From Polyangiaceae bacterium (lineage in GTDB: Bacteria; Myxococcota_A; Polyangia; Polyangiales; Polyangiaceae), in NCBI GenBank assembly GCA_044376115.1, contig JBILLK010000037.1, positions 39,304 to 103,303 on the forward strand: a stretch of DNA of 64,000 bases, in the 5' to 3' direction. Each line of letters opens with the position of its first letter. Position 1 is the first letter of the stretch. The position numbers and the translations under genes were made by a program. Of this stretch, positions 1 to 9,935 are shown in pieces. The notes beneath the pieces are model-generated. The model did no database searches and was not told the origin of the DNA. It saw nothing but the letters and a program-made list of their open reading frames with translations.

Positions 1-26
1 GGTCGCGGTGAGCTCAGCCATCGATT

Positions 27-1301
27 TCAGCGGCTGAAGGGCTGCTTGCCTGCGAACTGCTCGGCGTCCCCGAGCTGGTAGGCGATGCGCAGCAGCTGGT
101 TGTACTTGGCCGTGCGATCCGAGCGCGAGGCCGAGCCGGTCTTGATCTGGCCAGCGTTGGTTGCCACCGCGAGGTCGGCGATGAACGAGTCTTCGGTTTC
201 TCCGGAGCGGTGAGAGATGATCGCACCGTAGGAGTTTCGCTGCGCCAAGCGGATGCAATCGAGGGTCTCGGTCACGGTGCCGATCTGGTTCAACTTCACC
301 AGGATGGCGTTGGCGATGCCGGCCTCGATGCCCTTCTTGAAGCGCTTCGGGTTGGTGACGAACAGATCATCTCCGACCAGCTGAACCTTCTTGCCGAGCG
401 CTTCGGTCAAGAGCTTCCAGCCCTTGTCATCGCCTTCCGCGCAACCGTCCTCGATGCTGACAATCGGGAACTCGTCGCACCAGGTCTTGTAGATCTCGAC
501 GATCTCCTCGCGCGTCTTTTCCTTCTTGTCGAAGGTGTAGCGTTCCTTCTTCTCGTCGTAGAACTCGGACAACGCCGAGTCGAGCGCCAGGCTGATGTCC
601 TTTCCGGGCTTGTAGCCGGCGGCCTCGATACCGCGCATCAACGCCTCGAGCGCCGAGCGATTGTCTGCCAGTCGCGGGGCGAAACCGCCCTCGTCTCCAA
701 CCGCGGTGACCATGCCGTCCTTCTTGAGGATCGACTTGAGCGCATGAAAAACCTCGACGCCCATGCGCAGCGCTTCAGCGAAGCTGTCAGCGCGGTGGGG
801 GACGATCATGAACTCTTGGATCTCGAGCCCGCTGTCGGCGTGAACGCCGCCGTTGAGGACGTTCATCAGCGGGGTGGGCGTGGTTCGCGCCTGCACGCCG
901 CCGAGGTAGCGCCAGAGCGGCAGGTCGATTGCGTCGGCGGCTGCGCGCGCGACGGCCATCGAGGTCGCGAGAATGGCGTTTGCGCCGAGCTTCTCCTTGT
1001 TGTGCGTGCCATCGGCGTCGCACAAGACGCGATCGATCGCGGCTTGGTCCAGCGCATCCATCCCGGAGATGGCCGGGCCGAGGACGTTCTCCACGGCTTT
1101 GACCGCACCCAGGACACCCTTGCCGAGGTAGCGCTTCTTGTCCCCATCGCGAAGCTCCACGGCCTCATGGGCGCCAGTTGATGCTCCGCTCGGAACAGCG
1201 GCGCGTCCCCAGCCGCTTGTCGTGGTTACTTCGACCTCGACGGTCGGGTTTCCGCGCGAATCCAAAACTTCGCGTGCAAGGACGTTCTCGATCTCGGACA
1301 T
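27..1301 (-). CDS. eno: Enolase (phosphopyruvate hydratase)
   Basis: Motifs [61 protein letters not shown] at 1301 preceded by AGGAG. Confidence 0.98.
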   Translation of the reverse strand: MSEIENVLAREVLDSRGNPTVEVEVTTTSGWGRAAVPSGASTGAHEAVELRDGDKKRYLGKGVLGAVKAVENVLGPAISGMDALDQAAIDRVLCDADGTHNKEKLGANAILATSMAVARAAADAIDLPLWRYLGGVQARTTPTPLMNVLNGGVHADSGLEIQEFMIVPHRADSFAEALRMGVEVFHALKSILKKDGMVTAVGDEGGFAPRLADNRSALEALMRGIEAAGYKPGKDISLALDSALSEFYDEKKERYTFDKKEKTREEIVEIYKTWCDEFPIVSIEDGCAEGDDKGWKLLTEALGKKVQLVGDDLFVTNPKRFKKGIEAGIANAILVKLNQIGTVTETLDCIRLAQRNSYGAIISHRSGETEDSFIADLAVATNAGQIKTGSASRSDRTAKYNQLLRIAYQLGDAEQFAGKQPFSR

Positions 1302-1444
1302 GTGCAATCTCCTATTTTTCTGCCTCACCGGCCAGGAACACTCGAACGCACCTGGGCGCAAGCGCTCCCGGCTCGCAGCGAGCGCGGAGCATAGCGGAAT
1401 TCTTACGCGGGTTTCGACGGCTGTTGTAGTCTCCAGCCCCGTTC

Positions 1445-2101
1445 GTGAGCGAGACAGAGTCCATCGGCGTATTCGGTGAGGAGCTCATCCTCTGGGTGTG
1501 CATCTTGCGCCAATCTCCGCGCCGCCCCCAAGCTGACCACGTCTACCGACAAGCGAACTTCCTGCTCGACGAGCTGCGCCAGTCGAAGCAAGCGCAGCTC
1601 CTGCCCATCACCAGCGCTGAGGACGGCATGTTCGCCGTGGCCGCGCTGATCGACGAGATCGCCATGTCGCTGCCCGACATTCGGCCGTGGTGGAGCCAGA
1701 ACATGCTGCAAGCGCGCCGCTTCAACACCAACAACGCCGGTGTTGAGTTCTACCAGCGGCTCGACCGGGTGAGGCAAGGGCCCAAAACCATCCTCGCCAC
1801 GTATGTCGTCGTCCTCGGCTGCGGCTTCCTCGGGCAATACGGTTTGCCCGGACGCGACCCGTATTTGCTCAACCAACTGCGGGCGCAGCTCGCTCGCGAG
1901 CTCGGGGTGGACGCCGATCGAGACGTGATGTCAGGCGCGATCAAGGCCTACCGTTATGACGCGATGCCGGCTGAGTTCCTACCCAAAGAGCCGATTTGGA
2001 AGACGGTCTGGGTGGGCCGGCTGGTCGCAGTGATCCTGCTGTTCGTCGGCGGGATTTTGCTCGGTTACGCGCTCGACGCATACATGAGGCTCAAAGGATG
2101 A
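1445..2101 (+). CDS. DotU/TssL (ImpK) family type IV/VI secretion membrane protein
   Basis: DotU motifs [33 protein letters not shown]; single C-terminal TM helix. Confidence 0.85.
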   Translation: MSETESIGVFGEELILWVCILRQSPRRPQADHVYRQANFLLDELRQSKQAQLLPITSAEDGMFAVAALIDEIAMSLPDIRPWWSQNMLQARRFNTNNAGVEFYQRLDRVRQGPKTILATYVVVLGCGFLGQYGLPGRDPYLLNQLRAQLARELGVDADRDVMSGAIKAYRYDAMPAEFLPKEPIWKTVWVGRLVAVILLFVGGILLGYALDAYMRLKG

Positions 2102-3144
2102 GCGGCTCATTTTCGGCGGAGCTGGCGAGGGTTCAATCGCGCATCGGCAAGAGCGTCTACTCGGTGCCCTGGTACCTGGTGCTCGGTGAGCCCCTGGTAG
2201 GCAAGTCCACCTTCTTGCGCACCTCCAATCTGACGATGCGTGAAGCGCCGATCGAGGGCCAGTATTGCCACTATTGGCTGGCCAATGAAGCGGTGATGAT
2301 CGAGGCGCGCGAGCCGCTCGTGGGGCCCAACAAGAACCTCGCGCTGCTGCGCGATCTGATCGAGTGTGTGCTGAAGTTGCGACCTCGCGAGCCGCTCGAC
2401 GGCATCGTCTTGGTGATGAGCGCGACCGACATCGCCGAGCGGGTGGAGGAGCCACTCGAGGAGCACGCTCAGCACCTGCGGAGCTACCTGATCGAAGTAT
2501 GTCGCACGCTCCAGGTCGATATTCCGGTCTACGTCGTGATCAATCGCTACGACACGCTATGGGGCTTCGCCGAGGTCTTCTCGTGGAATGCCGATCGCGC
2601 AAAAGAGGACTCCTGGGGCTTCCTCGTGCACCCAACGGTCCCGAGCCAAGATACGTGGACCCACGCCCAAGAGGGCCTGCGCGGTCTCACGGCTCGCGTG
2701 GAGGCCCAATGTTTGATGAAGCTCTCCAGCGAAGATGGCGTTGAGCAACGAATCCGCTCCTTCCAACATCTGGTGGAGTCGCGGGTGTTTCTCGAGCGCA
2801 TGTTCGAGGTGTTGAAGATCCTCTCCTTCTCGAGCGCCTATGAACGAGCGCCCTGGCTGCGCTCGACGATCTTGGGCAGCTCGGTCCCTGGCGCCGGTGA
2901 CCGTATTCGCGCAGGAATGGCGCGCTTTGCGAACATGGGGCTCGCTCAGAACCCGTATGATCCCAACCGCTCTGGTCGCCCGGGCGGCCTTCCATTGCAC
3001 GGTTTTCTGCGCGGGGTCGTGCTGCCGGAGAAGGAACTCGTGCCGCTCAAAGTGCGTTGGCGCGACGACCCGATCTGTGTGATCGGGTTCATCCTCGGGT
3101 TCCTCTTTTTACTCAGCAGCTTCCTCGTGCGCTACGCGCTCTGA
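2098..3144 (+). CDS. IcmF/TssM N-terminal (ImcF-related N) domain protein, short form
   Basis: PWYLVLGEPLVGKST P-loop, CHYWLANEAVMIE, RPREPLDGIVLVMS, PVYVVINRYD.L.GF, WGF; ATGA overlap with the upstream gene; ends with one TM helix. Confidence 0.85.
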   Translation: MSGSFSAELARVQSRIGKSVYSVPWYLVLGEPLVGKSTFLRTSNLTMREAPIEGQYCHYWLANEAVMIEAREPLVGPNKNLALLRDLIECVLKLRPREPLDGIVLVMSATDIAERVEEPLEEHAQHLRSYLIEVCRTLQVDIPVYVVINRYDTLWGFAEVFSWNADRAKEDSWGFLVHPTVPSQDTWTHAQEGLRGLTARVEAQCLMKLSSEDGVEQRIRSFQHLVESRVFLERMFEVLKILSFSSAYERAPWLRSTILGSSVPGAGDRIRAGMARFANMGLAQNPYDPNRSGRPGGLPLHGFLRGVVLPEKELVPLKVRWRDDPICVIGFILGFLFLLSSFLVRYAL

Positions 3145-3167
3145 GCGCCTGCGCTCGAGTGAGCCGG

Positions 3168-3821
3168 CTAGTTTTCGCCGATCACCCAATCTTCGCCCTC
3201 GGCCTCGTCCGCGGGCTGCTCGTCCGCGGTGGGCTCCTCAGTCTCGCTGGGCTCGCCCGTCTCTTCCTCCGTCTGCTCCGTCGTCGAAGCGGACTCCACC
3301 TCCTCATCGGTTACGACCGCGGGCTCGTGTCGCTTGCGCCGCGACTTGTGCGGCTTGTTCTTGGCTAGCGACTTTACCGAGTGGCCGGAGCTGAGGCTGA
3401 CCTCACCGAGTGACTCCGACTTCTCGAAGCTCTTGCCGGCCAATAGGAGCGTAGCCCTGTCCAAATCGCGAACCTCCTCGCTGCGGAACTCGACCGTGAT
3501 GCGAGCTTCGCCGCCGCGCGGGATGTGCACGGGCTTGTGGGTCCGCGTTCCGGCGCGGCTCGGGATCTTCGAGCCGTCCTCGAGCCGCAGCGCAAAATCA
3601 TCGCGAGCGACGAGCAACGCTTCAGCCCCGCGGTTCTCGACCTGTGCGCGCACAACCACACGATTGCCACGGACGTAGGCATCGCGAATGCTGATGCGCA
3701 CGCCGTCTTCCACAACCGGCGCATCGGCGTACAACGCAACCTTGGGACCTCGACAGCCGGTGGCCACGAGCAATCCCAAGAGGCCGGCCATGAACAGATT
3801 CTTCGTGTGGCGGTACAACAT
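3168..3821 (-). CDS. Hypothetical lipoprotein (Ig-like/DUF4352-like domain with acidic tail)
   Basis: Lipobox LVATGC, beta-rich core, Glu-rich C-terminus. Start uncertain (3821 or 3791). Confidence 0.65.
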   Translation of the reverse strand: MLYRHTKNLFMAGLLGLLVATGCRGPKVALYADAPVVEDGVRISIRDAYVRGNRVVVRAQVENRGAEALLVARDDFALRLEDGSKIPSRAGTRTHKPVHIPRGGEARITVEFRSEEVRDLDRATLLLAGKSFEKSESLGEVSLSSGHSVKSLAKNKPHKSRRKRHEPAVVTDEEVESASTTEQTEEETGEPSETEEPTADEQPADEAEGEDWVIGEN

Positions 3822-3951
3822 GCCTTCATGGGTAACACCAGCTCGACTTTTCGCGCTCGAGCGAGCAGGTTCCCGACCCCGAGAGCAGCTTTTCGCCGAC
3901 TTGCTGAACGCGACTCTGCACGGCCAGCTCGGCCTCCGATAGAGTTGCCGC

Positions 3952-4815
3952 ATGTCGGGGATTTTCGCGGACGTCCTACTTCCGTTGGCGCTTGGGATCA
4001 TCATGCTCGGGCTCGGTCTTTCGCTAACGACGCAGGACTTCCTGCGAGTTGCGCGGATACCGTTGGCAGTCCTTGTTGGCTTGGCCTGCCAGATGCTGCT
4101 CTTGCCCGCCGTATGTTACGGCGTCGCCGTGTTGTTTCGGCTTCCGCCGGAGCTAGCGGTTGGGTTGATGTTGCTTTCGGCCTCTCCAGGAGGCGCAACC
4201 GCCAACCTCTTCAGCCACTTGGCCAAGGGCGACGTAGCGCTCAACATCACTCTGACGGCGACCAACAGCTTGTTGTCGCTGTTTACGCTGCCCTTCATCG
4301 TCTCGTTCAGTTTGCGGGCCTTCATGGCTTCGGACCAACAGATCCCGATTCAGCCGCAGAAGGTGATCCAGGTTTTCGCGATCGTGCTGGTGCCGGTGAT
4401 CATCGGCATGGTGATTCGCCGCGTGAAGGAGCCGTGGGCGCTGAGCGCCGACAAGCCTGTACGTATTGCGTCGGCCGTCTTTCTCGCGCTGATCGTGATC
4501 GCCTCGATTGGCAAAGAGGGCGCGAAGGTCGGCGGCTACATCCAGCAGATCGGTCTAGCGGCGTTGGTCTTCAACCTGCTCAGCCTCAGCGTCGGTTACT
4601 TCGTCCCGCTGGCTGTGAAGCTGCCGCGCAAACAGGCCGTGGCGATCGGTATGGAGATCGGTATTCACAACGCGACGCTGGCGATTGCTGTCGCCAACAA
4701 CGTGCTCGGAAACGCGACCATGGCGGTGCCCCCAGCCGTCTACGGCGTGCTGATGTTCGGTACGGCCGCGGGCTTCAGCTTCCTCATGAATCGGCGGAGC
4801 GCTGCCGAAGGCTGA
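3952..4815 (+). CDS. Bile acid:sodium symporter family transporter
   Basis: IMLGLGLSLT, SPGGATAN, KGDVAL, IGMEIGIHNATLA; multiple TM helices. Confidence 0.92.
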   Translation: MSGIFADVLLPLALGIIMLGLGLSLTTQDFLRVARIPLAVLVGLACQMLLLPAVCYGVAVLFRLPPELAVGLMLLSASPGGATANLFSHLAKGDVALNITLTATNSLLSLFTLPFIVSFSLRAFMASDQQIPIQPQKVIQVFAIVLVPVIIGMVIRRVKEPWALSADKPVRIASAVFLALIVIASIGKEGAKVGGYIQQIGLAALVFNLLSLSVGYFVPLAVKLPRKQAVAIGMEIGIHNATLAIAVANNVLGNATMAVPPAVYGVLMFGTAAGFSFLMNRRSAAEG

Positions 4816-5890
4816 CGCGTCGGCCATCGATGCGCGTACGTGTGGCTCGCAGCGGTTTGAGCCTCGGTGATTCACGGAGCGCCAGCTCGGTCGACGGGGG
4901 CAGCAGCATCGGCCGGCGCGCCGCTTCGGGGCGCGCGCGCATGGCGACGATCAAGCGCCGTTCTTCGGTCGATTCGGCGTAGTCGACGAGCCGCGAGGAC
5001 GCCGGCTTCTCGCCAAGGATCGCGAAGCCGCCCACTCGCCCCAGGAGCGCCAGCTGTTCGTGGCGCTCTTCTTCGGTGTGGTTCACGATCAGCAGCAGAC
5101 CTCCTGGCTTGAGTAACGAATAGGCGTGGCGCAGCATGCGTTCGGGGAGGAAGTGAGGCAGCGGAAGTCCCCATCGCAAGAGCGCGTAGCGCAAAACGAA
5201 CGGGAACCAGAAGAAGATCACGTCCTGGTCACCTTCCTCTCGTTGCAGGAAGTCGGAGACCTGGTAGCTGACCGAGTCCTTGCGCTCCTGTGAGCCAGCC
5301 ATCGCGGCAGCATCGCGCGCATGAGCCTCTCCGTGGTCGCGCCGAAGCGAGAGATCTCGGTAGATGACATCGCCGTCGAGCTCGACGCCCGACAGCTTGA
5401 TCGGCTTCACGCCAGCGCGTGCCGAGAGCCAACTTCGCAGCGCGTACGCGTAGCGGAAGTCCATTGAGCCGACATCGATCGAACGCAGCTCGCTGCCCTC
5501 GAACTCAGCGATGCAGGGCCGCACTAGCTCCTTGGCTCGATCGAGCACGTCGAGCACGTACAGGTTGTCGCGATAGTGGCGACGGCTCGAGCGCTGGTAC
5601 AGGTCCTCGAGCTTGTATTGCTCACGAAGCTCCCTCTCGCGCGCTTCGCTTGCGACGCGTTCCTCTCCCTCGAGATAGTTGAAGAGCTCGGCCTTGTCCT
5701 CGTTGCGGAAGCTCACCGCCCGACCCTTGAAGCGAATCAGCCGACGAAGCTTGAACGCGAGCTGATTCCAGGGCGCGCGCAGAATGATCAACGCCGTGAG
5801 GTCGACCTTTCGCGCCGTCATGAGCGAAAGGCTCACCCACACCAAGGGGACAAGCCCCACCAGCAGGAGGATGGCCTGTGTAGCGGACAT
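4784..5890 (-). CDS. Class I SAM-dependent methyltransferase-like protein with N-terminal membrane anchor
   Basis: SIDVGS motif I, GVELD motif II, LLKPGGLLLIVN. Confidence 0.7.
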   Translation of the reverse strand: MSATQAILLLVGLVPLVWVSLSLMTARKVDLTALIILRAPWNQLAFKLRRLIRFKGRAVSFRNEDKAELFNYLEGEERVASEARERELREQYKLEDLYQRSSRRHYRDNLYVLDVLDRAKELVRPCIAEFEGSELRSIDVGSMDFRYAYALRSWLSARAGVKPIKLSGVELDGDVIYRDLSLRRDHGEAHARDAAAMAGSQERKDSVSYQVSDFLQREEGDQDVIFFWFPFVLRYALLRWGLPLPHFLPERMLRHAYSLLKPGGLLLIVNHTEEERHEQLALLGRVGGFAILGEKPASSRLVDYAESTEERRLIVAMRARPEAARRPMLLPPSTELALRESPRLKPLRATRTRIDGRRVSLRQRSADS

Positions 5891-6021
5891 GATGCTCGCT
5901 AAGCAAACTCAGCGCCGTTCGCTCTTGCGCGTAGATTCCAGGGGTTCCGGCGACCTCCAGCGACAGCGCGATGACGCCAGAGGTCGCAAGTGTCACCGCT
6001 CTGGCGCTCGACGGCGCTGGC

Positions 6022-6825
6022 TCAACAGCGGGTGATGCTGACCGAGTGTATGATGATCGGCGCGTTCGGCTCTTCGTTGCTGGCGGGCACTTCAGTGATG
6101 GTCTTGATCACGTCGATCTCGGAGCACAGGCCGAAGATTGTGTAGCCGCCATCGAGGAAGGAGGCCTCGATTTCTGCCACCATGAAGAACTGACTGCCGT
6201 TGGTGTCTGGGCCAGCGTTCGCGTACGAGAGCGTGCCGGGCACATGGCTCTTGTTGTTCGCGGTCTCGTTGACGAACTCGTAGCCCGGCCCACCGAAGCC
6301 GTTGCCCAACGGGTCTCCACCTTGCGCCACGAAGTCGTCCACCACGCGGTGGAACGTGAGGCCGTCGTAGTAGCGCACGCCGCGCGTCCATACGTCGGTC
6401 TCCGGGTGCAAGAAGGCCCTTCGTCCTCGCGCCAAGCCGACGAAGTTGGCGACGCCGATCGGTGCCACCTCGGGGAATAGCTCGCAGGTGATGGTGCCGA
6501 AGTCGGTATCGAAGATCGCTCGTAACGGGCCTGGCCCCTCGGGCAGTTCGGCCAGGGCTTCATCGAGCGTGAAGTCGTTGTTCTCCGGATCGGCGCCACC
6601 GCCAAGCTCCTCGAACGGTGCATCAACGTCCTCACCGCAAGAAGCTGCTCCGCCCCCGCCGCTGCTGTTGCTGCCACCGCTGCTACTGCCACCGCTGCTG
6701 GGGTTTCCACCGCCCCCGCTGTCGCTGGTAGAGGAGCCGCCTTGTCCGCCTGCATTGCTGCTCGACGACGAGTCTCCGCAGCCTGCGAGGAGGAATGAAA
6801 AGAGTGCGGCGAAGGAAAGCTTCAT
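6022..6825 (-). CDS. Cyclophilin-type peptidyl-prolyl cis-trans isomerase, lipoprotein
   Basis: Lipobox LLAGC, Gly/Ser linker, YDGLTFHRVVDDFVAQGGDP, ANAGPDTNGSQFF. Confidence 0.93.
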   Translation of the reverse strand: MKLSFAALFSFLLAGCGDSSSSSNAGGQGGSSTSDSGGGGNPSSGGSSSGGSNSSGGGGAASCGEDVDAPFEELGGGADPENNDFTLDEALAELPEGPGPLRAIFDTDFGTITCELFPEVAPIGVANFVGLARGRRAFLHPETDVWTRGVRYYDGLTFHRVVDDFVAQGGDPLGNGFGGPGYEFVNETANNKSHVPGTLSYANAGPDTNGSQFFMVAEIEASFLDGGYTIFGLCSEIDVIKTITEVPASNEEPNAPIIIHSVSITRC

Positions 6826-6936
6826 TGCGTCACGGTACACGCCTGCGCTCGAAAGAACGACTTGTTGACCTCGGGTCAGGCCTCTATTCTGACGAAGGTG
6901 TTCCTTGCGGAACGCTCAAGAACTAAGCGAGGACTG

Positions 6937-7536
6937 ATGGCTACAAGCGAGCAACCGAAACGACGCGAGCGACTCGACACTGCCGCTCGACGTGAACAAT
7001 TGATCGCCGTCGGTCGCGAGTTGTTTCAGCAGCGCCCGTATGACCAAGTGTCGATGGACGACGTCGCAGCCGGGGCGGGCGTCTCCAAGGGCCTGATTTT
7101 CCACTACTTCGATTCGAAGCGCGATCTCTACGTCGAGATCATTGGTCGCGGCGCGACCGATCTGATGCAGGCCTCGGCTGTTCCCGATGCAACCGCGATG
7201 GCGCCGATTGAGCGCCTAACCGCAGGCTTGCACCGCTACCTCGAGTACGCCGAGCGTGCAGGGCGCGGCTACACCTCGTTGCTCACCGGCGGCGTTGGCG
7301 TCGATCCGGAGGTGGTCAACATCGTCGAGTCGGTGCGTCGAACCTTCGTTGACCGAATTCTGTCGAGCCTGCCCTACGCCCCAACGGCTTTGACGCGGGT
7401 GGCGGTTCGCGGCTTCGTCGGCTTCGTTGAGGCGGCGAGCGTGGAGTGGCTCAACAACAAGGACGAGGTAAGCCGCGAGCAGGTCGTGCAGCTGATGATT
7501 CGCACGCTCTTCTCTACGCTTCAGCGCTCGGACTAA
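6937..7536 (+). CDS. TetR/AcrR family transcriptional regulator
   Basis: HTH SMDDVAAGAGVSKGLIFHYFDSKRDLY; GAGGA RBS before ATG. Confidence 0.93.
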   Translation: MATSEQPKRRERLDTAARREQLIAVGRELFQQRPYDQVSMDDVAAGAGVSKGLIFHYFDSKRDLYVEIIGRGATDLMQASAVPDATAMAPIERLTAGLHRYLEYAERAGRGYTSLLTGGVGVDPEVVNIVESVRRTFVDRILSSLPYAPTALTRVAVRGFVGFVEAASVEWLNNKDEVSREQVVQLMIRTLFSTLQRSD

Positions 7537-7568
7537 CGACGAGCGTTCAGCCTGAAGGTGCGCGAACG

Positions 7569-7611
7569 AAAAAGCCTTCGGCACTTCCGAGAGCGGAAGC
7601 GCGCCGAAGGC
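7569..7611 (-). terminator. Rho-independent terminator
   Basis: Hairpin GCCTTCGGC...GCCGAAGGC followed by TTTTT on the minus strand, between convergent genes. Confidence 0.7.
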
Positions 7612-7634
7612 CAATCAGCACGAGCTGCTAGTAC

Positions 7635-8228
7635 TTACTCTTCTTCGGTAACCGCGCCGTCGCAGTTTTCAACCGAGACGAAGCCTTGGGCGATCTCGCA
7701 CACTTTGCCTTCGCTCTCGACGCCCGCACACTTGAACGTCATCCAGGCTTGCCCGCCGACGGCGCCCTGGTCCTCCGAGTTGAACCAAAAGAGGCAGTTG
7801 CTCGCCGAGTAAAGCTCTCCGCCGGTGTCCACCGAGGCGTAGCTGAGCTGGCCCTCGATGGCGTTGGCTTCAGAGTCGTTGGCGCTGGAGATCCCAGTGA
7901 CCTTTACCTGCAAGAACGGCTTCTCGTCGATCTTGGCGTTGACGTCGAAGCCTCCGCCCGCGCTGAGCACGCTGCAGGTCACCACGGTGTCTGCAGCACC
8001 GTCCGCGATCATCTCGGGCGAGCCGGAGTTGCCGACGACGCCGACGCCCGCGTCATGGGTAACCAAGCTGCAGCTCGACCCTGTGTCTCGAAACTGCAGG
8101 AAGAAGGCGCCAGCCGGGGTCGGCAGGGGCGGGTCTTCACAGCCAAGGAGGAGGAGGGCAGCCAAGGAAGAACAGGTGGATGCTCGGAGCATGGTGGAGA
8201 TGTACACCATGTCCAACTCGCCGGCCAT
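7635..8228 (-). CDS. Hypothetical Cys-rich lipoprotein
   Basis: Lipobox LLLGC; paired cysteines; start uncertain. Confidence 0.7.
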   Translation of the reverse strand: MAGELDMVYISTMLRASTCSSLAALLLLGCEDPPLPTPAGAFFLQFRDTGSSCSLVTHDAGVGVVGNSGSPEMIADGAADTVVTCSVLSAGGGFDVNAKIDEKPFLQVKVTGISSANDSEANAIEGQLSYASVDTGGELYSASNCLFWFNSEDQGAVGGQAWMTFKCAGVESEGKVCEIAQGFVSVENCDGAVTEEE

Positions 8229-8357
8229 ATTCGCACTTGCCTAGCTCGGTACCCGCGCGACCCGATACGCCGCGTTTGATCGCTCATGCGCCTTAGCGGC
8301 TCAACCGAGAGCGAGAAAGCGATTCCGCCGAAGGCGGATGCAGTGAGTCATTCTACT

Positions 8358-8434
8358 TGGGGTGAGTAACGGGGCTCGAACCCGCGACAACCGGTACCAC
8401 AAACCAGTGCTCTACCAACTGAGCTATACCCACC
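8358..8434 (-). tRNA. tRNA-His (GTG)
   Basis: Reverse complement GGTGGGTATAGCTCAGTTGGTAGAGCACTGGTTTGTGGTACCGGTTGTCGCGGGTTCGAGCCCCGTTACTCACCCCA: D loop, GTG anticodon, GTTCGA T loop, G-1 and encoded CCA. Confidence 0.97.
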
Positions 8435-8519
8435 GTGCCGTTACCAGCGCGCGGCATCATACTGACCTTGGCGTACCAAGCAACCCCAAATCTTCATTTG
8501 AGGGGCTTATCGACCAAGC

Positions 8520-9590
8520 CTAGAGGCGCCACTCGGATTTCAGCAGCGAGCGGGTCTCGGCGATCTCGAGGGCGTGGGACGAGGCGAGCGGCTGCTTCGT
8601 TCCTTCCTCCCAGCTCTCGAGCCCCAACATGGCGCTCACGGCGGCCTCCAGGCTGGTTTCGAGCCCTTCGAGATCGTACCCACCTTCGAGGAACAGCGCC
8701 ATTCGGCCTTTGGCGGTCGCGTCGGCGAGCTTGCTGAGCTCGCGCGCCATCCAGCCGAAACCCGCCGCGCTCACCGTCATCCCGGCCAAAGGGTCGCGCG
8801 CATGCGCGTCGAACCCAGCCGAAACGAGGATGAGCTCGGGCTCGAAGCGCCCAACCACAGGCAAAACAACCTGCTCGAAGGCCGAGCGGTAGGTGACGTC
8901 ACTGGCGTCCGCCGAGAGCGGAACATTCACCGTGAAGCCCTTGCCTTCCCCCGTTCCAACCTCGCTCGCGCGGCCCGTGCCCGGGTAAAACGGGTACTGG
9001 TGCAGCGAGACGAAGAGCACGTTGGGATCAGCGATGAACGCCTCCTGAGTGCCGTTTCCGTGATGTACGTCCCAGTCGACGATGGCTACCCGCTCGATGC
9101 CGCGGGCGCGGGCGTGGCGCGCTGCAAGGGCGACGTTGTTGAGCAGACAAAAGCCCATCCCTCGATCCGGGCGAGCGTGATGGCCGGGCGGTCGCAACAG
9201 CGCCAAGCCCTTGTTCAACTCCGCTGGGCCGAGCAGCGCGTCCACCAGCGCAAGCGAGCCGCCCGCTGCTCGGTAGGCAGCTGCGACCGAACGCGGGGTC
9301 AAGTAGGTGTCGTCGTCGAGCGCTGCAAATAGGCCGTTGTTGCGCTCCAAAAGCTCAACGTAGGCCTCGGCGTGAACACGCAAAATTTCGTCCGGCTCGA
9401 TGTCACGAGCGCCTTGCTTGACCAGCTCGATGCCGCGTGCGCGGCAGGTCTCCACCGCGCGCCTCGCTGCAACCAGGCGCTCCGGACGCTCCGGGTGATA
9501 ACCGCGCGCCCGATGTTCGTCGAAGAGCGCGTCATCCACGAGGGCCAGCCGTGACGGACGCGGTTCATTGGGCTTGTCCGGAGGGGTCAC
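8520..9590 (-). CDS. Histone deacetylase family (class II-like) amidohydrolase
   Basis: HPERPERL, RPPGHHA, GFCLLNN, DWDVHHGNGTQ, SAGFDAH..DPL, LEGGY; GTG start after GAGGA. Confidence 0.93.
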   Translation of the reverse strand: MTPPDKPNEPRPSRLALVDDALFDEHRARGYHPERPERLVAARRAVETCRARGIELVKQGARDIEPDEILRVHAEAYVELLERNNGLFAALDDDTYLTPRSVAAAYRAAGGSLALVDALLGPAELNKGLALLRPPGHHARPDRGMGFCLLNNVALAARHARARGIERVAIVDWDVHHGNGTQEAFIADPNVLFVSLHQYPFYPGTGRASEVGTGEGKGFTVNVPLSADASDVTYRSAFEQVVLPVVGRFEPELILVSAGFDAHARDPLAGMTVSAAGFGWMARELSKLADATAKGRMALFLEGGYDLEGLETSLEAAVSAMLGLESWEEGTKQPLASSHALEIAETRSLLKSEWRL

Positions 9591-9935
9591 GGCTTCCTCA
9601 TCAGTGTGCGGTGGCCCTTCGCATGACTTGCAGTGCGGATCAAACGACTCTTGCCGTATGGAATGACGAGCGGGCTTACGGCCGTTCTTCTCGAAGGCGG
9701 CACGACTCGTATGAATGCGCTTGCTCGCTAGCGAGCCACGAATGGGCTCGCAGCGTCTCAAACGAGCGCACAAATCAGGCGTTGTGCGTGGTTGGCGAGG
9801 AACATTGTTGCAATAGGAGTCGCCTGATAACGTGGGGCGCGTGCCTTCTGCCGTCAGCCAAGAGAACCGCCGAAGGCCTCATGACTGCCGAGCTCACGCT
9901 CAACACCTTTCTGGGTGCAGAGGAGATCGTTCCGG

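Noticed and set aside
1..21. Possible start (MAELTAT) of a gene downstream of eno on the minus strand
   Set aside because: Only 7 codons lie in the window; cannot be supported.
210..1181. 323-aa plus-strand ORF, and similar long antisense or alternate-frame ORFs (e.g. 3525-4982, 15840-17057, 37547-38596, 48041-49237, 52644-53885, 54013-54999)
   Set aside because: They overlap well-supported genes and have Arg/Ala-rich or shadow composition typical of GC-rich genomes.
8358..8434. tRNA-His as an integration site for an island or prophage
   Set aside because: No integrase nearby, and I saw no duplicated tRNA 3' end in the window.
9600..9930. 330-bp intergenic region as ncRNA or riboswitch
   Set aside because: Only short hairpins expected at this GC content; no recognisable aptamer motif; explained as a divergent promoter region.
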